DNA of 64,000 nt from Candidatus Edwardsbacteria bacterium (GCA_018821925.1 JAHJLF010000053.1:495-64494), one strand, 5' to 3'; positions 1-10,170 are shown, counted from the stretch's first letter. The notes: a model not told the origin generated them from the letters alone. Numbers and translations are program-made.

Positions 1-2739
1 AAGCCCAGCGCCCCGTCCTGTAAAATGGCCTGGGCGTCGCCGTCCTCGGAAAAGCCCGAAGACAAAAGAACTTTGACCTTGGGATTTATTTTACGCATTT
101 GAGCAAAGGCCTCCCGCCCGTCCAATCTGGGCATTACCATGTCCATTATAACCAGATCGATATTCTGGTGTTGTCTGGAATACAGCTCCACCGCTTCCTG
201 GCCGTCGGCGCAAGTCTGCACCTGGTAACCGGCGATCTTAAGGATTTGGGCGGCGATACTCCGGATCATTTCCTCATCGTCCACTATCAGAATGCTTCCG
301 GTCCCCGCCAAATCGGGCAGAGCCTGCGGCTGGCCAAAATCCTGTTGCCCGGCAGGCAGGCCGCCGTACAACGGCAGGTAAAGCTTGACGGACGTGCCCC
401 GGCCCAGTTCGGAATATACTTCTATCGAACCCCCGTGGTTCTTGACGCAGCCGTAGACCCCGGCCAGGCCCAGCCCGGTGCCCAGGCCTTTTTCCTTGGT
501 GGTAAAGAACGGCTCGAACAGGTGGCGTTTGACTTCGCCGCTCATGCCGCTGCCGGTATCGTCCACCGAGATCTGGATGTAGGGCCCGGGCTCGATCTTG
601 TAATTGTGCCGGCGGATGTATTCTTCGTCTAAGTTGATCAGGTCGGCGGAGAAGATCAGCTTGCCTCCTTCAGGCATGGCGTCCCGGGCATTGATGCCCA
701 GGTTCATTAAGGCGTTCTCCAACTGGCCGGGGTCTCCCAGTATCACTGCGGGATTGGCCCTTAAGTGCTGTTCTATGCTGATCCGCCGGTCTATGGTGCT
801 GCTTAAGATTCCCAAGGTCTCGGCGATGATCTTGTGAACATTGACCGGGGCCTTCTGGTACTGCCCCTTGCGGGCAAAGGCCAAAAGCTGTTTGGTAAGG
901 GTGGCGGCGTGCCCCGAGGCTTTGATGATGTTGTCTACATATGACTCCAGCTCCTTCTGGCCGTAAACTTTAAGCTGCAGCAGCTCGGCGTTGCCCACGA
1001 TGCCGGCCAGCATGTTGTTGAAGTCGTGGGCCACCCCTCCGGCCAAGTGTCCTATAGCATCCATCTTTTGGGCCTGCAGCAATTCCTGCTCCATCAGCTT
1101 GCGGTCGGAGATGTCCCGGTCAAAAGCCAGAATATATTTACGGCCGCCATATTCCAAAAGGCCGGCATTGTATTCTACTGGGAATTCCGTCCCGTCTTTC
1201 CTCCGGTGAATGATTTCTCCTTTGATCCACTCGCCTTTAAGGATTCTTTCCATTCTTTGGGCCGTTTTGTGGTGTTCGCTCGGAGAATCAAGATCGGAGA
1301 TGTGCAGGCGGGATATTTCCTCTACCTTGTATCCGTGCATCGCGGCTGCGGCCTGGTTGGCCGCTGCGATCTTGCCCGCATTGGGGCCTTCGGCCTCCAT
1401 GATGATGATGGCGTCCCCGGCCTTTTGGAACAGCGCCCGGTAGCGTTCCTCGCTTTCTTTCAGCGCATCCTCAGCCCTCTTATGTTCGGTGATGTCCTCG
1501 ACCGTGCCTTCGTAAAATAAGACCTCCCGGTCCGGCCCCCGGATGCAACGGGCGTTTTCGCGCATCCAGATCGCCGAGCCGTCATTGCGCTTCCATAGTG
1601 ACTCGTACCCGATGAGCTGGTCGCCCTGTTCCACCAGCCGCTTGAACACGGCCCGTTCATAACTAGGCGCATAGTCTTCCTGCTCCAGGTTGCGCCGGGC
1701 AAGATCCTCGAACGAAGCGTACCCCAGCATGCTGACCAGGGCCGGGTTGGACATCAGGATGCGGCCGCCGGGCGTGGTGCGGTAGATGCCGATGAAGGTG
1801 TTGTCGGCGAAACTGCGCAGCCGCTCCTCGCTTTCCCACAATGCCTCCTCCGCCCGCTTGCGGTCGGTGATGTCCTTGATGATATGGACGAAGGAAACGG
1901 TGCGCCCATCCGGGTCCTTGATGGGCCAGGCGTGCAGCGAATAGTACCGGTCATCCTGTTCGTATTCGCTAAACCCCTCGACTCCGGACTCCAAGGTCAT
2001 AATGCACGGGCAGGCGATGATCGGCTCGGTTGTCCGGTGCACCAGCTCGTAGCATTTCCGTCCGATTATCTGCTCGCGGGGCAGGCCCAGCGCCTTGACC
2101 CCGGCGTTGTTGATGGATAGGAACTCATGACCGCTGGAAATCACGCAGACGATGTCCGAGATGGCGTCGAAAGTAGTGTTCCAATTCAGGGCCGCATATT
2201 TAAGCGCCTCTTCGGCCTGCTCCTTCTTTTTTCGTTCGGCCGCCACCTGCACCGACCAGAAACTGCTGAATATGGCGATCAAAAAGAAGAACGGTATCCT
2301 CAGCCAGAACGAAGGTTCGCCAAACATGTCCGCGCCGTACTTCTTGTAAACCAGCCAACCATACAACAGCGAAGTGACGATAGCCACCGGAAAGGCCCCG
2401 CCCAGGCTCTGGCCCACGCTGGACATGAATATGCTTAAAAAGTATATCAGGTAAAAATCGGTGTTGATGCCCTCGGCAAAATAGACCACCGCCGAGACGA
2501 ATATGATGTCCAGCACGAACAGCACATAGACGAACCAGCCTTTCTCAAAATAGCGCTGGGGGATAAAGGAGATGGCCAGGTTCAAGACCAGGTAGATCAG
2601 CGACAGCAGATAATTGGGGCTGTTGAACTCCAGGCCCTTGGGGCTGTATGCCGCCATGAAGATCACCAGCAGCACCACTAACCAGCGGAGGATCAATACC
2701 GTGCTTTTGTGGTTTAAGGCCAGGCCTTTAAACTGCATC
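1..2739 (-). CDS. Hybrid sensor histidine kinase/response regulator (5 TM N-terminus, PAS/PAC domains, HisKA, HATPase_c, C-terminal REC). The 3' end runs off the window start.
   Basis: A continuous minus-strand ORF starts at ATG 2737-2739 and has no stop before position 1; it is absent from the ORF track because it is open-ended. Translation shows an H-box (HDFNNMLAGIVGNAELL), a G2 box (GTGLGLA) and a REC motif (LIVDDEE...DLVIMDMVMPRLDG). Confidence 0.85.
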
Positions 2740-2860
2740 ATATTTTAAAACTGCTTGGTTGTTTGGTTTAATTACCCGTCCCCTGTCACCTGAACGCTTT
2801 CCGCTGCACACCAATCATTGAGGATGCCCGCCCTACTATGCCTATCGCGGCAATCCACGA

Positions 2861-3013
2861 CTAAGGATGGATTGCTTTCGCCCACTCTATTATGTTTAGC
2901 CTCTTTAAGTGCAGTAGCTTCCGCTTACGCTTCTTGCCTGCCTTCTTCTCCTCCACGCCTGCGGCTTGGTAGAAGATCAGGTCGCGGATGGATTGGACCT
3001 CTTGGCCGGACAT
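2861..3013 (-). CDS. Hypothetical small basic protein (50 aa), doubtful
   Basis: Minus-strand ORF MSGQEVQSIRDLIFYQAAGVEEKKAGKKRKRKLLHLKRLNIIEWAKAIHP. It has only a weak AAAGG motif upstream and is too short for the ORF track. Confidence 0.15.
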   Translation of the reverse strand: MSGQEVQSIRDLIFYQAAGVEEKKAGKKRKRKLLHLKRLNIIEWAKAIHP

Positions 3014-3139
3014 TAATTGCCTTTATTTTTTCCTGCGGTTATACGGGCTTTGGTTAGTGGGCTTTAATGCGCTAGGTCATTCCGGCACTTCATTGCATTC
3101 AGTGTAGACTCCGGCAGGACCCCTGGCTTTTCTGCCTCA

Positions 3140-3200
3140 CACAAAGCGACTTTTATTCTTTAAACTTTAAGCTTTGGACTTTGAACTTTATTACTTTAAC
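3140..3200. repeat. Seven phased 7-bp repeats (NNNCTTT)x7
   Basis: acttttattctttaaactttaagctttggactttgaactttattacttt read directly from the sequence; it lies in the intergenic region between the kinase promoter and the NACHT gene 3' end. Confidence 0.5.
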
Positions 3201-3372
3201 CTGGCCTCCGGGGTTAGCCCTGGTGGGGGTGTTTTGCTTTGCAAGTTGTTTTAGCTATGGCGCAACTTGGCGGGGGTTGGCCTATACGCAGGCGGGTAGT
3301 GCTGGTGCGAGGTTGGGCCGGGGGTTGGGGTGGCGTGGCCAAGATTTCCAGGGTGTTTGTATTAAAATAAGG

Positions 3373-5655
3373 CTATGTTATCTTCAATTGCTTTATTGGT
3401 CTTTGGTGTAAAACCATCATACTATCATTGAGCGATTTACTCATTTTTACATTTCGTTTCATTTTCTTCAAATATTTCTTTATCGCCTCAGATTTATCAT
3501 AGTCTTTCGTTTCATACAATATTCCAAATCCAACAGGTAGTGGAATTTCATCTTTATAATTACTAATCATAAAATCAAAAGGTTTTTCCATTTCTAATTC
3601 ATGTGCAATAACTGCTGCAAAAAATAATGCGAAAGATTTCACCTGAGCGTCTTTTTGGGTATTATCATCGATCAATATGTTTGTATCCTCTAATGATTTT
3701 TGGAAGTATTCATAAGCATAACTATTTTTCAACACAATTGTGATAAACCAAAACAAATATATTTGTGAAACATTCGAAAATGGTGATTTTATTTTTGAAG
3801 CAACTATATCTTGATATAATATTGATGCCTCTATAAATATTTTATACAAATTATCTTGTACAATTTGATACGGGCTTGAATAACCAGCCATTAAATAATT
3901 TCCGACATTAGACAATCTAAACCATTTCTGTGGTTCATTCACTGGAACAACATCTATTATTTGTTGCAATATTGCGGGGCAGTCTTTATTTAATCCAACA
4001 TAAAAATAATATATGTTTTGCCAATAATAATTAAAAGCACGTGTATCAATATCTAATATTTTACCTTTCGAGCACTTTTTTGCATATAAAAATTCCATAA
4101 ATGTTCTGTGTTTAAAATATATTACATGCTTATCTACATCATTTACTAACAAACCAGACCTATTGACAATCTTATCATATAGCATTGATGGTTCAATTTC
4201 CATGTTCCTTTGGTTTAAATAACCACTAATCCTATCTTGGAATTCTACATTTGATAGCACAGGCAAACTATTTTCTATCATATAAACAGATAGATCCATT
4301 AATATATTTTCAGAAGCTTCATATTCTTTTTGCGATTGTAAACCTTTTTGAATATCCCATCTGCCAAGCATCAACTCAATATATTTATTAAACAATTCAG
4401 TCATATTCGCTGGCAAATCTTTCGAATTTTCATTTATTAAGTTTGCCAACAATATCGCAGCAATCGGACTCCTTGGTAATTCTTTAAATAAAACAGAATT
4501 TTTTAAATCTTCAATTATTCTACATGATATATTAATTTCACGGCAAATTGCGTTTAAAAATTCAACAACCCTAGTCATGCTTAACGATTTCAATTCATAT
4601 AAAACGACTCTTTGCGTAATTTCCTTTTCAGCTTCAATGGAATTCAACTGCCTCGAAGCAAATACTGCTTTGACATTTTTCTTCTCGTAAATATCCTTCG
4701 TAATCCTTTTTAATATTTCAATATTTTGTTCAACGGGCAGATCTTTTTCATCAATTCCATCAATCAACAATAAGATATTGCTATCTTCTCCAAGGTTATC
4801 AATAATTTCCCGAGCTATTTGATTTTCAATTAATTTATTGATATTTGCTTCATATTTATCTACAAAGTCAGTATATGTACAAAACAAAGGGATTATTTTT
4901 TCATCTATGTATGCTTCACCATTTGAATATTTACAAACAATCTGCCTCAATAATTTAGATTTACCAGAACCCATACCCCCTTCAATGATGATTATTTTCT
5001 TTTGCGTTATGGCTTTATATATATCAATATAACTATTTTTATGTTTTTGTGAAGTATACTCATTTTCTCTTTCAGTTATGTCCTGCTCTATATATATTTT
5101 ATTACTACAAGTAGGCAATAAATTTAAAGTCTTGTCTAATTCCTCATTTCTATATTTTATTTCAGCTAAATATAGACCTAACTTTAATGATATATCATAC
5201 CAATAATTTGGCAAGTGTTTATCAATTAATTCGCTTAAAGTTTGCCCCTTAATAAACCTTATTTTATTAGCTTTAAATTTATTGTTGATTTTTTCTTCAG
5301 CATTTGCAGTTATTGTTGAATTTGATATCACCCATATTTCGGTAAGTTGTATCTTTTTTCTACCACCTTCAACATATCTTTCAAGAGAGCAACATTCATC
5401 AATTTGTCGTTCAACATCAGTAAAATCCATATGAATCTTACCAATCTTAGCTATTACACCTACGTAATCTGTCGTTTGGAATTGATCATTATATTGATGC
5501 AATACAAAATCCGCGCCCTTTTCACCAACACCGTGTGTGTAGTCGACATGCCGTATATTAGTTAGTTTTGTTAGTAGTTCATTGAGTAATGGATGGAATT
5601 CATTTATTTCATCTTTTATTTCTTCCAATTTTTTTCGTTTTAATGAGTATTCCAT
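3373..5655 (-). CDS. NACHT-type STAND P-loop NTPase with an N-terminal nuclease-like (PD-(D/E)xK / DUF4365-like) putative effector domain. Candidate antiphage protein (bNACHT/Avs-like).
   Basis: Walker A IIIIEGGMGSGKSKLL and the NACHT-specific Walker B LLLIDGIDE are present. The N-terminal 130 aa has a GADFVL...VGVIAKIGK beta-strand pattern. The gene is about 30% GC against a 55% flank and has an AAGGA RBS 9 nt upstream. Confidence 0.7.
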   Translation of the reverse strand: MEYSLKRKKLEEIKDEINEFHPLLNELLTKLTNIRHVDYTHGVGEKGADFVLHQYNDQFQTTDYVGVIAKIGKIHMDFTDVERQIDECCSLERYVEGGRKKIQLTEIWVISNSTITANAEEKINNKFKANKIRFIKGQTLSELIDKHLPNYWYDISLKLGLYLAEIKYRNEELDKTLNLLPTCSNKIYIEQDITERENEYTSQKHKNSYIDIYKAITQKKIIIIEGGMGSGKSKLLRQIVCKYSNGEAYIDEKIIPLFCTYTDFVDKYEANINKLIENQIAREIIDNLGEDSNILLLIDGIDEKDLPVEQNIEILKRITKDIYEKKNVKAVFASRQLNSIEAEKEITQRVVLYELKSLSMTRVVEFLNAICREINISCRIIEDLKNSVLFKELPRSPIAAILLANLINENSKDLPANMTELFNKYIELMLGRWDIQKGLQSQKEYEASENILMDLSVYMIENSLPVLSNVEFQDRISGYLNQRNMEIEPSMLYDKIVNRSGLLVNDVDKHVIYFKHRTFMEFLYAKKCSKGKILDIDTRAFNYYWQNIYYFYVGLNKDCPAILQQIIDVVPVNEPQKWFRLSNVGNYLMAGYSSPYQIVQDNLYKIFIEASILYQDIVASKIKSPFSNVSQIYLFWFITIVLKNSYAYEYFQKSLEDTNILIDDNTQKDAQVKSFALFFAAVIAHELEMEKPFDFMISNYKDEIPLPVGFGILYETKDYDKSEAIKKYLKKMKRNVKMSKSLNDSMMVLHQRPIKQLKIT

Positions 5656-5691
5656 AAGATATTCCTTTTTATTAGTTAATAGAACTAAATC

Positions 5692-5847
5692 TTACTCTGC
5701 CTCCACCACTTTTTTCTCTGCCTCGTTCAGCCCGTACAACCTATACACTATCTCATTAATCTCCTGGTCTATTACGGCAATGTCCGCAGAGTGGCGTTGC
5801 CGCAGTTCCAGGGTTAATAAAGCCGGGATTAGCCCAGCTTGGTGTAT
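5692..5847 (-). pseudogene. Orphan relic of an RM/MTase C-terminal tail (about 50 codons, no start)
   Basis: The minus-strand frame reads ...QAGLIPALLTLELRQRHSADIAVIDQEINEIVYRLYGLNEAEKKVVEAE*. This is the conserved EIxxIVYxLYGLxEEE tail seen in Type I HsdM, Type IIG and PglX enzymes. It is bounded upstream by an in-frame TAA and sits directly downstream of the intact RM gene. Confidence 0.45.
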
Positions 5848-5875
5848 TTATTTTTGTTAGTTTAAGTTAAGCCCC

Positions 5876-8800
5876 TTACACCCAATCCATCTCCAAACCG
5901 TGCTCTTTAAATATCTCTTCCGCCAGGTTCTGGGCTTGCTTGTGGTCGTGTGTGCCTTGGAACAGCCTGGTGATAAGTTTTTCCTTAATGCCCTTTAAAT
6001 ACCTACGGTATTCCTTAACGGCTTTGTTTACAACGATGGTTGTTTTAGGAACCTTAAGTACGTATACATTGGGTTTAACGGAATAGACCACAAAACGGGC
6101 TTCCTCCAAACTATCCACTTCGGTGACTTTTTTACCTTCTTGGTTTACGATGTCGTAAACGCCCAAAAACTGATGACCCACTTTTAAGGCCGTGCCGGGG
6201 ACCGAAACATCTTTGGTTTTGTTAAGTTCTCTGGCATCCACAAAATCGTGTGGGAACTGCTTTAAGCCGTCGCCTATAATTTCTTCTTCGGCTACTTTCT
6301 TAATATCCTCGGCGGAAGCCTTTGGCCCGGCCTTGTTAGCTTTGCGCCGCATTTTGGGCAGTTCCAAACGCTCGGCCACTAATTGGGTAATGCCTTCGTA
6401 TATTTTAGGCAAATATTCTTTAGCATTAAGCCCCAAAGCTTCTAATACCACGGCATCTAATTTTTGCCGGTCTTTTGATTTTACTTCTTCTGAAACAGAT
6501 TCAATTCGCCGCACTTTCAAAACATTATATGCATCTATTATTTTTCCTTTAGCCTTTTCTGATATTTTTTGTATATCAGGCATAGGTATACTATTTTGCC
6601 AATCAGTACCTTCAGTTTTTGTGGCACCTTCACCTAAGTTTACCCTACTGTTCACTTCGCGTATTAGGGCATACAATGTTGAGTTCAAAACGGCGACCAC
6701 CAAAGCGGCTTCTTTTTTAGCGACAAGTAACTCAAAAAGATTATGGTCAACATATACAGCCTGATGGTTGTGATAAATGACAAACCTTTGATCATTTATC
6801 ATTGGCAAAAGAATATTACCTGGTTCTTTGTCGGTTAATGACCACCAGTATTTTCGGCCGGTAACGCTGGGCACTTTGGACCAAGCCATTCCGTTTTCCG
6901 TCTTTTGCTTTTCGCCCCATTCAATGTACTCCAAAGCCCCTTTATAACCCTGCTTTTTAAGTTCGGCCTTGCTTAGGTTGCAAATAAAGAGCAGATTCTT
7001 TAGCTTACTTTTGTCAATTACAATGCCTTCGGCCTCTTTGGGGCTTTTTATGACAGGTTTTAGGAATTCCGCTTCGATCTCACCCTGCCAGCCTTTAGCG
7101 TTTGTAACTTGTATCTTTTTATCCTTGGCCTTAGGTTTTTCGATTGGCTCAAGATAGAAGAATTCATTGATGCCCGTTGTATAACCACGCCTGAAGTCAG
7201 CCACATCTTTTAACGGGACCAGCTTGTCCTTGGCCTTATCCAAAATGTCAAAATAAACCTTGGGCGCCCGCAGGTATTTTCCCCACTTGTCCAACTGCCC
7301 TTTGGCTTTTAATTCATCTCTTAAGAACTGCTGTTTAACCAAGCGAATGGAAAAATCGTCATTCTCCACCGTTTCCACGCCGTTAAGCGTGCAATTAACC
7401 CGGCCGTTTTCTATTTTCAGGAACTTGCTTTCGGAGGTTTCTATCCGGCGGACCAGGGCGTCTATTTTATTCCACCTATCGCTTTCCTGCAAAACCAAAT
7501 CGGGGAACGGTATCAGCTCGGCCAGTTTTTTGTTGAGCTTTACGAACTTTACGACGTTGTTGTCCCGTTTTTCCGGTTCCGGGCATCTTTCCAATATGGT
7601 AAATACGGTATTGACCGCCGCATCCTCAAACCAGGGCTCGGCCCAGGAAACCACCACCGCCACCACTTTAAAGTGATCCAACAGAAATTCTTTGAGCACG
7701 GAACCGTAGGAAACATCCAGCCAGGAATTGGAAGTGATAAAGCCCATCCTCCCGCCCTTTTCGGCAAACCTGGCGGCATGAGGATAAAGGTAGGTGTAAA
7801 TGTCGGCCTGGCCGGAAAGCCGCAAACCCAAACTGCCGTCCTTGGCCCAGCGTTCGGCAACGCTTTGTTTGCCCAGATAATCGCTTTTGCCGAAATGCTC
7901 CAGGTCGGTGGGTCGTAATTTTTTGGCTTCAAACCAGGCCGGGTAATCGGCCAGCCAATCGGCCGCCATCGTTTTAACCAAAAAATCCTTGTAGCCTTCG
8001 TTCTTCTTCTCAATTATCTCCTGCCGGATAAAAGGGAAATTGCCGACCATGCCGCTGAATTGCGGTATTTTTATTTTGATGGGCGTAAATTGGTCGTTAT
8101 CCACTTTGGGCGGCGGGAATTCGAATTCAAAGCCGGGATAAATGCTGAAAAAGTCTTTGGTATCCACATGGGGGAAATTGGTGTAATCACCGATTTTGTT
8201 TTTGAACAGGTTGATGGTGGCTAATTCCGCCGGGAAATGCGCAATGTCTATGCCCCAAATCTGGTTTAGCAATTCATGATGCTGTTTTTTGTTGCCCGAA
8301 AGCCAGTGTAACCGGGAATACAGGCGGTTTAAAAATGTGCCGCTGCCGCAGGTGGGATCGCAGTAATAACCTTCAGGGTTGTTTGCCACAAAGCCGATGA
8401 TAAAATCCACCAAATCCTCGCGGGTAAAGTACTGGCCTAAAAGATGCCGCTCCTGCGGTGGTATCAGTTCCTCAAATATCTGGCCTACCACGTCCTCCTG
8501 CAACTGGCCGAAGTTGTATTGCTTCATATCCTGCAACAGTTCGGCCAAAACATCTTTTGAACTTTGAGGCACGCCGGTTTTTTCCAAAATGTCTTCTTCG
8601 AACACCGAATGCCAGTCAATGCGGCGGGCCGCCATAAAAGCCGACCGCAACAATTGCTCGACATCGGTTCCGGCTTCCACCTCCAGATCGGGCAGGCCTT
8701 TAAAGTGACGGCGGATGGTCAAATAAAACAAAAGTTTGCTGATCAACCGGTATGCCCATTGCCGGGACAAAGTAGCGTAGAAGTTTTCATCCCCGACATT

Positions 8801-9415
8801 GGCAATACCCTGGGTAGTGGCCCACTGTTCTATGGAATGTTTTAACTCGCGGTCGCGTATCTTTATTTTCAGATGCTCGGCAAAATGGGTGTGCAGCTTA
8901 TGAACGCTGTCGTGCAGCAGTTTAACAAAGAAATGTTTATCGGGGATAAAATCATGCAAATGCCCCCTTTGGTCTAATTCATTGATGTCGGCAATAAACT
9001 GCTGCAAATGGTTTTTAAGTTTTAGTTTTACATCCGCGCCCATCCAGCCGGCAATGTCCGAGATAACATAGGTGCTGTAACTTTTCACCTTATTCAGTTT
9101 CTGATCTTCAAAGGTATATAAAACCGCCTCGTCAAAGTTCCAGGTTATGCCGTATTTAACATTAAGATTCAACGCCTTTTCCAGAAAAGTATCCAGATCT
9201 TCAATCATGCCTGGCTGTTTTATTTCCATATAAGCAAAGGCCTCGCCCGCTGCCCGATTTTTCCAAAGCACAATATCGGGAAAGAGGGTTCGGCCCTGAT
9301 TCTTAACGCCGGTTTCCGCCAAGGCCTCCTTGAACGGGTGGGCGCCGGTCTCGGCCATGCGGTTTAACTGTTCACACAGCCAGATTGCTATTTCGCGTTC
9401 GTTGGATTTAGGCAT
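5876..9415 (-). CDS. Type IIG (MmeI-like) single-chain restriction endonuclease / N6-adenine DNA methyltransferase
   Basis: The N-terminus has a PD...EIK nuclease motif (FPDIVLW...YMEIKQPG). Gamma-class MTase motifs are present: motif X GQYFTRED, motif I DPTCGSGTFL and motif IV reading GNFPF. A large C-terminal target-recognition region follows. Confidence 0.85.
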   Translation of the reverse strand: MPKSNEREIAIWLCEQLNRMAETGAHPFKEALAETGVKNQGRTLFPDIVLWKNRAAGEAFAYMEIKQPGMIEDLDTFLEKALNLNVKYGITWNFDEAVLYTFEDQKLNKVKSYSTYVISDIAGWMGADVKLKLKNHLQQFIADINELDQRGHLHDFIPDKHFFVKLLHDSVHKLHTHFAEHLKIKIRDRELKHSIEQWATTQGIANVGDENFYATLSRQWAYRLISKLLFYLTIRRHFKGLPDLEVEAGTDVEQLLRSAFMAARRIDWHSVFEEDILEKTGVPQSSKDVLAELLQDMKQYNFGQLQEDVVGQIFEELIPPQERHLLGQYFTREDLVDFIIGFVANNPEGYYCDPTCGSGTFLNRLYSRLHWLSGNKKQHHELLNQIWGIDIAHFPAELATINLFKNKIGDYTNFPHVDTKDFFSIYPGFEFEFPPPKVDNDQFTPIKIKIPQFSGMVGNFPFIRQEIIEKKNEGYKDFLVKTMAADWLADYPAWFEAKKLRPTDLEHFGKSDYLGKQSVAERWAKDGSLGLRLSGQADIYTYLYPHAARFAEKGGRMGFITSNSWLDVSYGSVLKEFLLDHFKVVAVVVSWAEPWFEDAAVNTVFTILERCPEPEKRDNNVVKFVKLNKKLAELIPFPDLVLQESDRWNKIDALVRRIETSESKFLKIENGRVNCTLNGVETVENDDFSIRLVKQQFLRDELKAKGQLDKWGKYLRAPKVYFDILDKAKDKLVPLKDVADFRRGYTTGINEFFYLEPIEKPKAKDKKIQVTNAKGWQGEIEAEFLKPVIKSPKEAEGIVIDKSKLKNLLFICNLSKAELKKQGYKGALEYIEWGEKQKTENGMAWSKVPSVTGRKYWWSLTDKEPGNILLPMINDQRFVIYHNHQAVYVDHNLFELLVAKKEAALVVAVLNSTLYALIREVNSRVNLGEGATKTEGTDWQNSIPMPDIQKISEKAKGKIIDAYNVLKVRRIESVSEEVKSKDRQKLDAVVLEALGLNAKEYLPKIYEGITQLVAERLELPKMRRKANKAGPKASAEDIKKVAEEEIIGDGLKQFPHDFVDARELNKTKDVSVPGTALKVGHQFLGVYDIVNQEGKKVTEVDSLEEARFVVYSVKPNVYVLKVPKTTIVVNKAVKEYRRYLKGIKEKLITRLFQGTHDHKQAQNLAEEIFKEHGLEMDWV

Positions 9416-9433
9416 AATATCTTATAATTTATA

Positions 9434-9476
9434 AGCGTATAGTTTTATTATTAACTATACGCTTTTTAGGTTTTTA
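9434..9476. terminator. Terminator-like hairpin (12-bp perfect stem aagcgtatagtt/aactatacgctt followed by TTTAGGTTTTT)
   Basis: Seen in sequence between the RM start and the HNH stop. Confidence 0.4.
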
Positions 9477-9494
9477 AAGTCAAGCATAATTATA

Positions 9495-9746
9495 TTAGAA
9501 AGTTGTCTTATGACAATTCCAACAAAGTATCTCACAATTAGAAAGCGTATCGGCCCCGCCGCTTTCAACGGCCACCTTATGGTGCGCTTCCCAAGCACCA
9601 ACACCACTTTCACGGCCTCTGTTTTCCCAGGTAAGCGTTTTGTTACACCGCCCGGTATGCCCATGTGTGGTTCTTTGGCATTCGCATTTGCCCCCGGCTC
9701 GTTCCCAAGCCTCTTTTACGGTTTCTTCTGAAAAAGCCATTTCCAT
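9495..9746 (-). CDS. Small stand-alone HNH endonuclease (83 aa)
   Basis: CxC...C...HH...GG...N...CWNCH motif and an AAGGAGA RBS; it is a paralog of the gene at 13687-13983. Confidence 0.8.
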   Translation of the reverse strand: MEMAFSEETVKEAWERAGGKCECQRTTHGHTGRCNKTLTWENRGRESGVGAWEAHHKVAVESGGADTLSNCEILCWNCHKTTF

Positions 9747-9760
9747 TCTCCTTTTAATTT

Positions 9761-9803
9761 TTTGTTTTATCGTTTTCCAGCCGCCCCAAAGCTGCCTTGT
9801 TTA
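9761..9803 (-). promoter_or_regulatory. Conserved 42-nt leader/promoter-proximal element, copy 1 (upstream of HNH)
   Basis: About 95% identical to 10621-10670. It ends 11-13 nt before the ATG in both copies. Confidence 0.5.
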
Positions 9804-9825
9804 TTTACCTTATAAGTCAGACCAA

Positions 9826-10152
9826 TTATTTAGGTAAGAGCTTGTTTATAATGGCATCTATCAGCTTGTTCAAAACAAATACCCCTATCCCGGTGATAAG
9901 CTTATCCATTTTCCTCCGCTTGAAAATGCTTTGGGTATTAACCCATTGTTTCATCTCAAACTGGAGATTCTCCACGGTTTTCCTGTACTCATCCGGTATC
10001 ATCTCGCCGGAGGCAAATTGGGCGGTATATAACTTAAGCCTGGCAGCGTACTCTTCCCCTTTGTCTTTAAGCACCGCCGGGCATTGCTTCAGCATATCTT
10101 CGAATTCCCGGTATTCGGGGATCTGTTTCAGGTTATCGCCTGCTCCGTTCAT
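9826..10152 (-). CDS. Hypothetical protein with a C-terminal hydrophobic segment (108 aa)
   Basis: The ORF lies 18 nt downstream of the lipoprotein gene, so the two are probably an operon. Confidence 0.5.
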   Translation of the reverse strand: MNGAGDNLKQIPEYREFEDMLKQCPAVLKDKGEEYAARLKLYTAQFASGEMIPDEYRKTVENLQFEMKQWVNTQSIFKRRKMDKLITGIGVFVLNKLIDAIINKLLPK

Positions 10153-10170
10153 CTTTGCATCCTTTCAGTT

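Noticed and set aside
99-2438. Plus-strand ORFs (177, 164, 103 aa and others) at the window start
   Set aside because: They are antisense to a continuous, well-supported histidine-kinase reading frame on the minus strand and have no RBSs and no family motifs.
3230-3350. G-quadruplex-forming stretch (ggggttggggtgg and neighbours)
   Set aside because: Fewer than four clean G3+ tracts within the canonical loop lengths; this is judged to be chance G-richness.
2750-3370. tRNA/tmRNA/RNase P gene as an island integration site
   Set aside because: No T-loop (GTTCRANYC), acceptor/CCA or tmRNA tag-reading frame was recognisable by eye on either strand. Only low-complexity G-runs and heptamer repeats are present.
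6192-8845. Several 60-190-aa ORFs on the plus strand inside the RM gene
   Set aside because: They are antisense to a 1179-aa ORF with clear MTase and nuclease motifs.
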